Origin: Leptolyngbyaceae cyanobacterium
GTDB lineage: Bacteria; Cyanobacteriota; Cyanobacteriia; Phormidesmidales; Phormidesmidaceae
Reading direction: 5' to 3'
DNA length: 64,000 bases
NCBI GenBank assembly: GCA_965263355.1
Contig: CBDHHL010000032.1
Span: 2,432,001 to 2,496,000, forward strand
This document shows, piece by piece, positions 63,517 to 64,000 of the stretch. Under the pieces are notes generated by a model. It was given only the letters and a program-made list of their open reading frames with translations, made no database searches and had not been told where the DNA came from. Each line of letters opens with the position of its first letter. The first letter of the stretch is position 1. The translations under genes were made by a program, and so were the position numbers.

Positions 63517-63850
63517 ATTCTTTCCCCCTATTGGACTCTAGCTTACGCTCTCTCAGTCCTGTCCTAATTTTGGGGGTCACTACACCCTCTGTAGGCATAC
63601 TATTATATTGCGAACTCGCAGTCTATCCACCCAAATCGGCATACTATACTGAGAGCTATCCATATAGTACGTTCATATTAGAGAGACATGTGGACAGCTT
63701 CAGCATAGTTACCCTCTAAGACATCGTAGAAATTGATTTGTACCCGCGTGCTCAATCAAGATGCGTGGGACGTTCAGCCCATTGGATGCATAAGGTTAAG
63801 AATTCCGTTTAAGCTGGGTATTGAGTCCAATCTGCTTGTCTGCTTAAACC

Positions 63851-64000
63851 ATGACCACCGTCCCCACCACCATTCCCTTAACCTGGCCTGATTTAGAAGC
63901 CCTTGATACCATCCAAACCGATCGAGTCAATGGTCCTACTAATGCCCAGGCACGGCTGCGGCTATTTGGCCAAACCGAGGCTGACGTGCGAGTGACTCTA
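63851..64000 (+). CDS. Glutathione S-transferase-family protein, 5' part (runs off the window)
   Basis: LTWPDLEAL...DRVNGPTNAQARLRLFG...DVRVTL, an N-terminus I recognise from a cyanobacterial GST family. Confidence 0.75.
   Translation, partial: MTTVPTTIPLTWPDLEALDTIQTDRVNGPTNAQARLRLFGQTEADVRVTL

Larger units (their letters stand above)
62311..63584 (-). mobile_element. IS3-family insertion sequence, inactivated
   Basis: 26-bp imperfect IRs TGAAGTGAACCCCTAATCTTGGACAG and (rc) TGTAGTGACCCCCAAAATTAGGACAG; orfA/orfB with an A7G slippery site near 63253-63260; no target duplication visible. Confidence 0.9.

Noticed and set aside
63501..63719. 72-aa plus-strand ORF
   Set aside because: Spans the IS3 terminus and has no protein-like motifs
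1..64000. CRISPR array, tRNA or rRNA
   Set aside because: No regularly spaced repeat-spacer run or recognisable structural RNA seen by eye; a covariance search was not possible

Overview
Chromosomal window from a cyanobacterium: the HIP1 octamer GCGATCGC recurs throughout, and xisH/xisI, CAAD-type valS and the cta/cox genes are present; the lineage cannot be fixed from sequence alone. From left to right: (1) a signalling block at 0.2-10.6 kb with an Rcp1-like receiver, two convergent CheB-CheR-PAS paralogues (only one has a kinase) and a REC-PAS-TPR chimera; (2) arsR and a single 1797-aa ORF fusing a filamentous-haemagglutinin/TPS exoprotein to a TPR-CHAT protease; (3) xisI and a frameshifted xisH, ylqD, pdhC, GDYXXLXY/DUF2157, a frameshifted pseudo-adenylate-kinase-thioredoxin fusion, DUF1993, a YdeP/FdhF oxidoreductase, an intradiol dioxygenase-like protein and valS with a CAAD insertion; (4) an ABC exporter pair; (5) a ~19 kb plus-strand sensory array at 36.3-55.4 kb with three transporter-less lipoprotein solute-binding proteins, five hybrid histidine kinases that share one duplicated core behind different sensors (one with a cupin input) and a terminal REC-kinase, lying between ctaB and the ABC exporter; (6) ctaB-ctaA and coxBAC; (7) a dead IS3 element abutting an IS66 remnant, then the start of a GST-like gene. 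The sensory array is the best candidate for an undescribed system. All family assignments come from motif recognition by eye, not from database searches.
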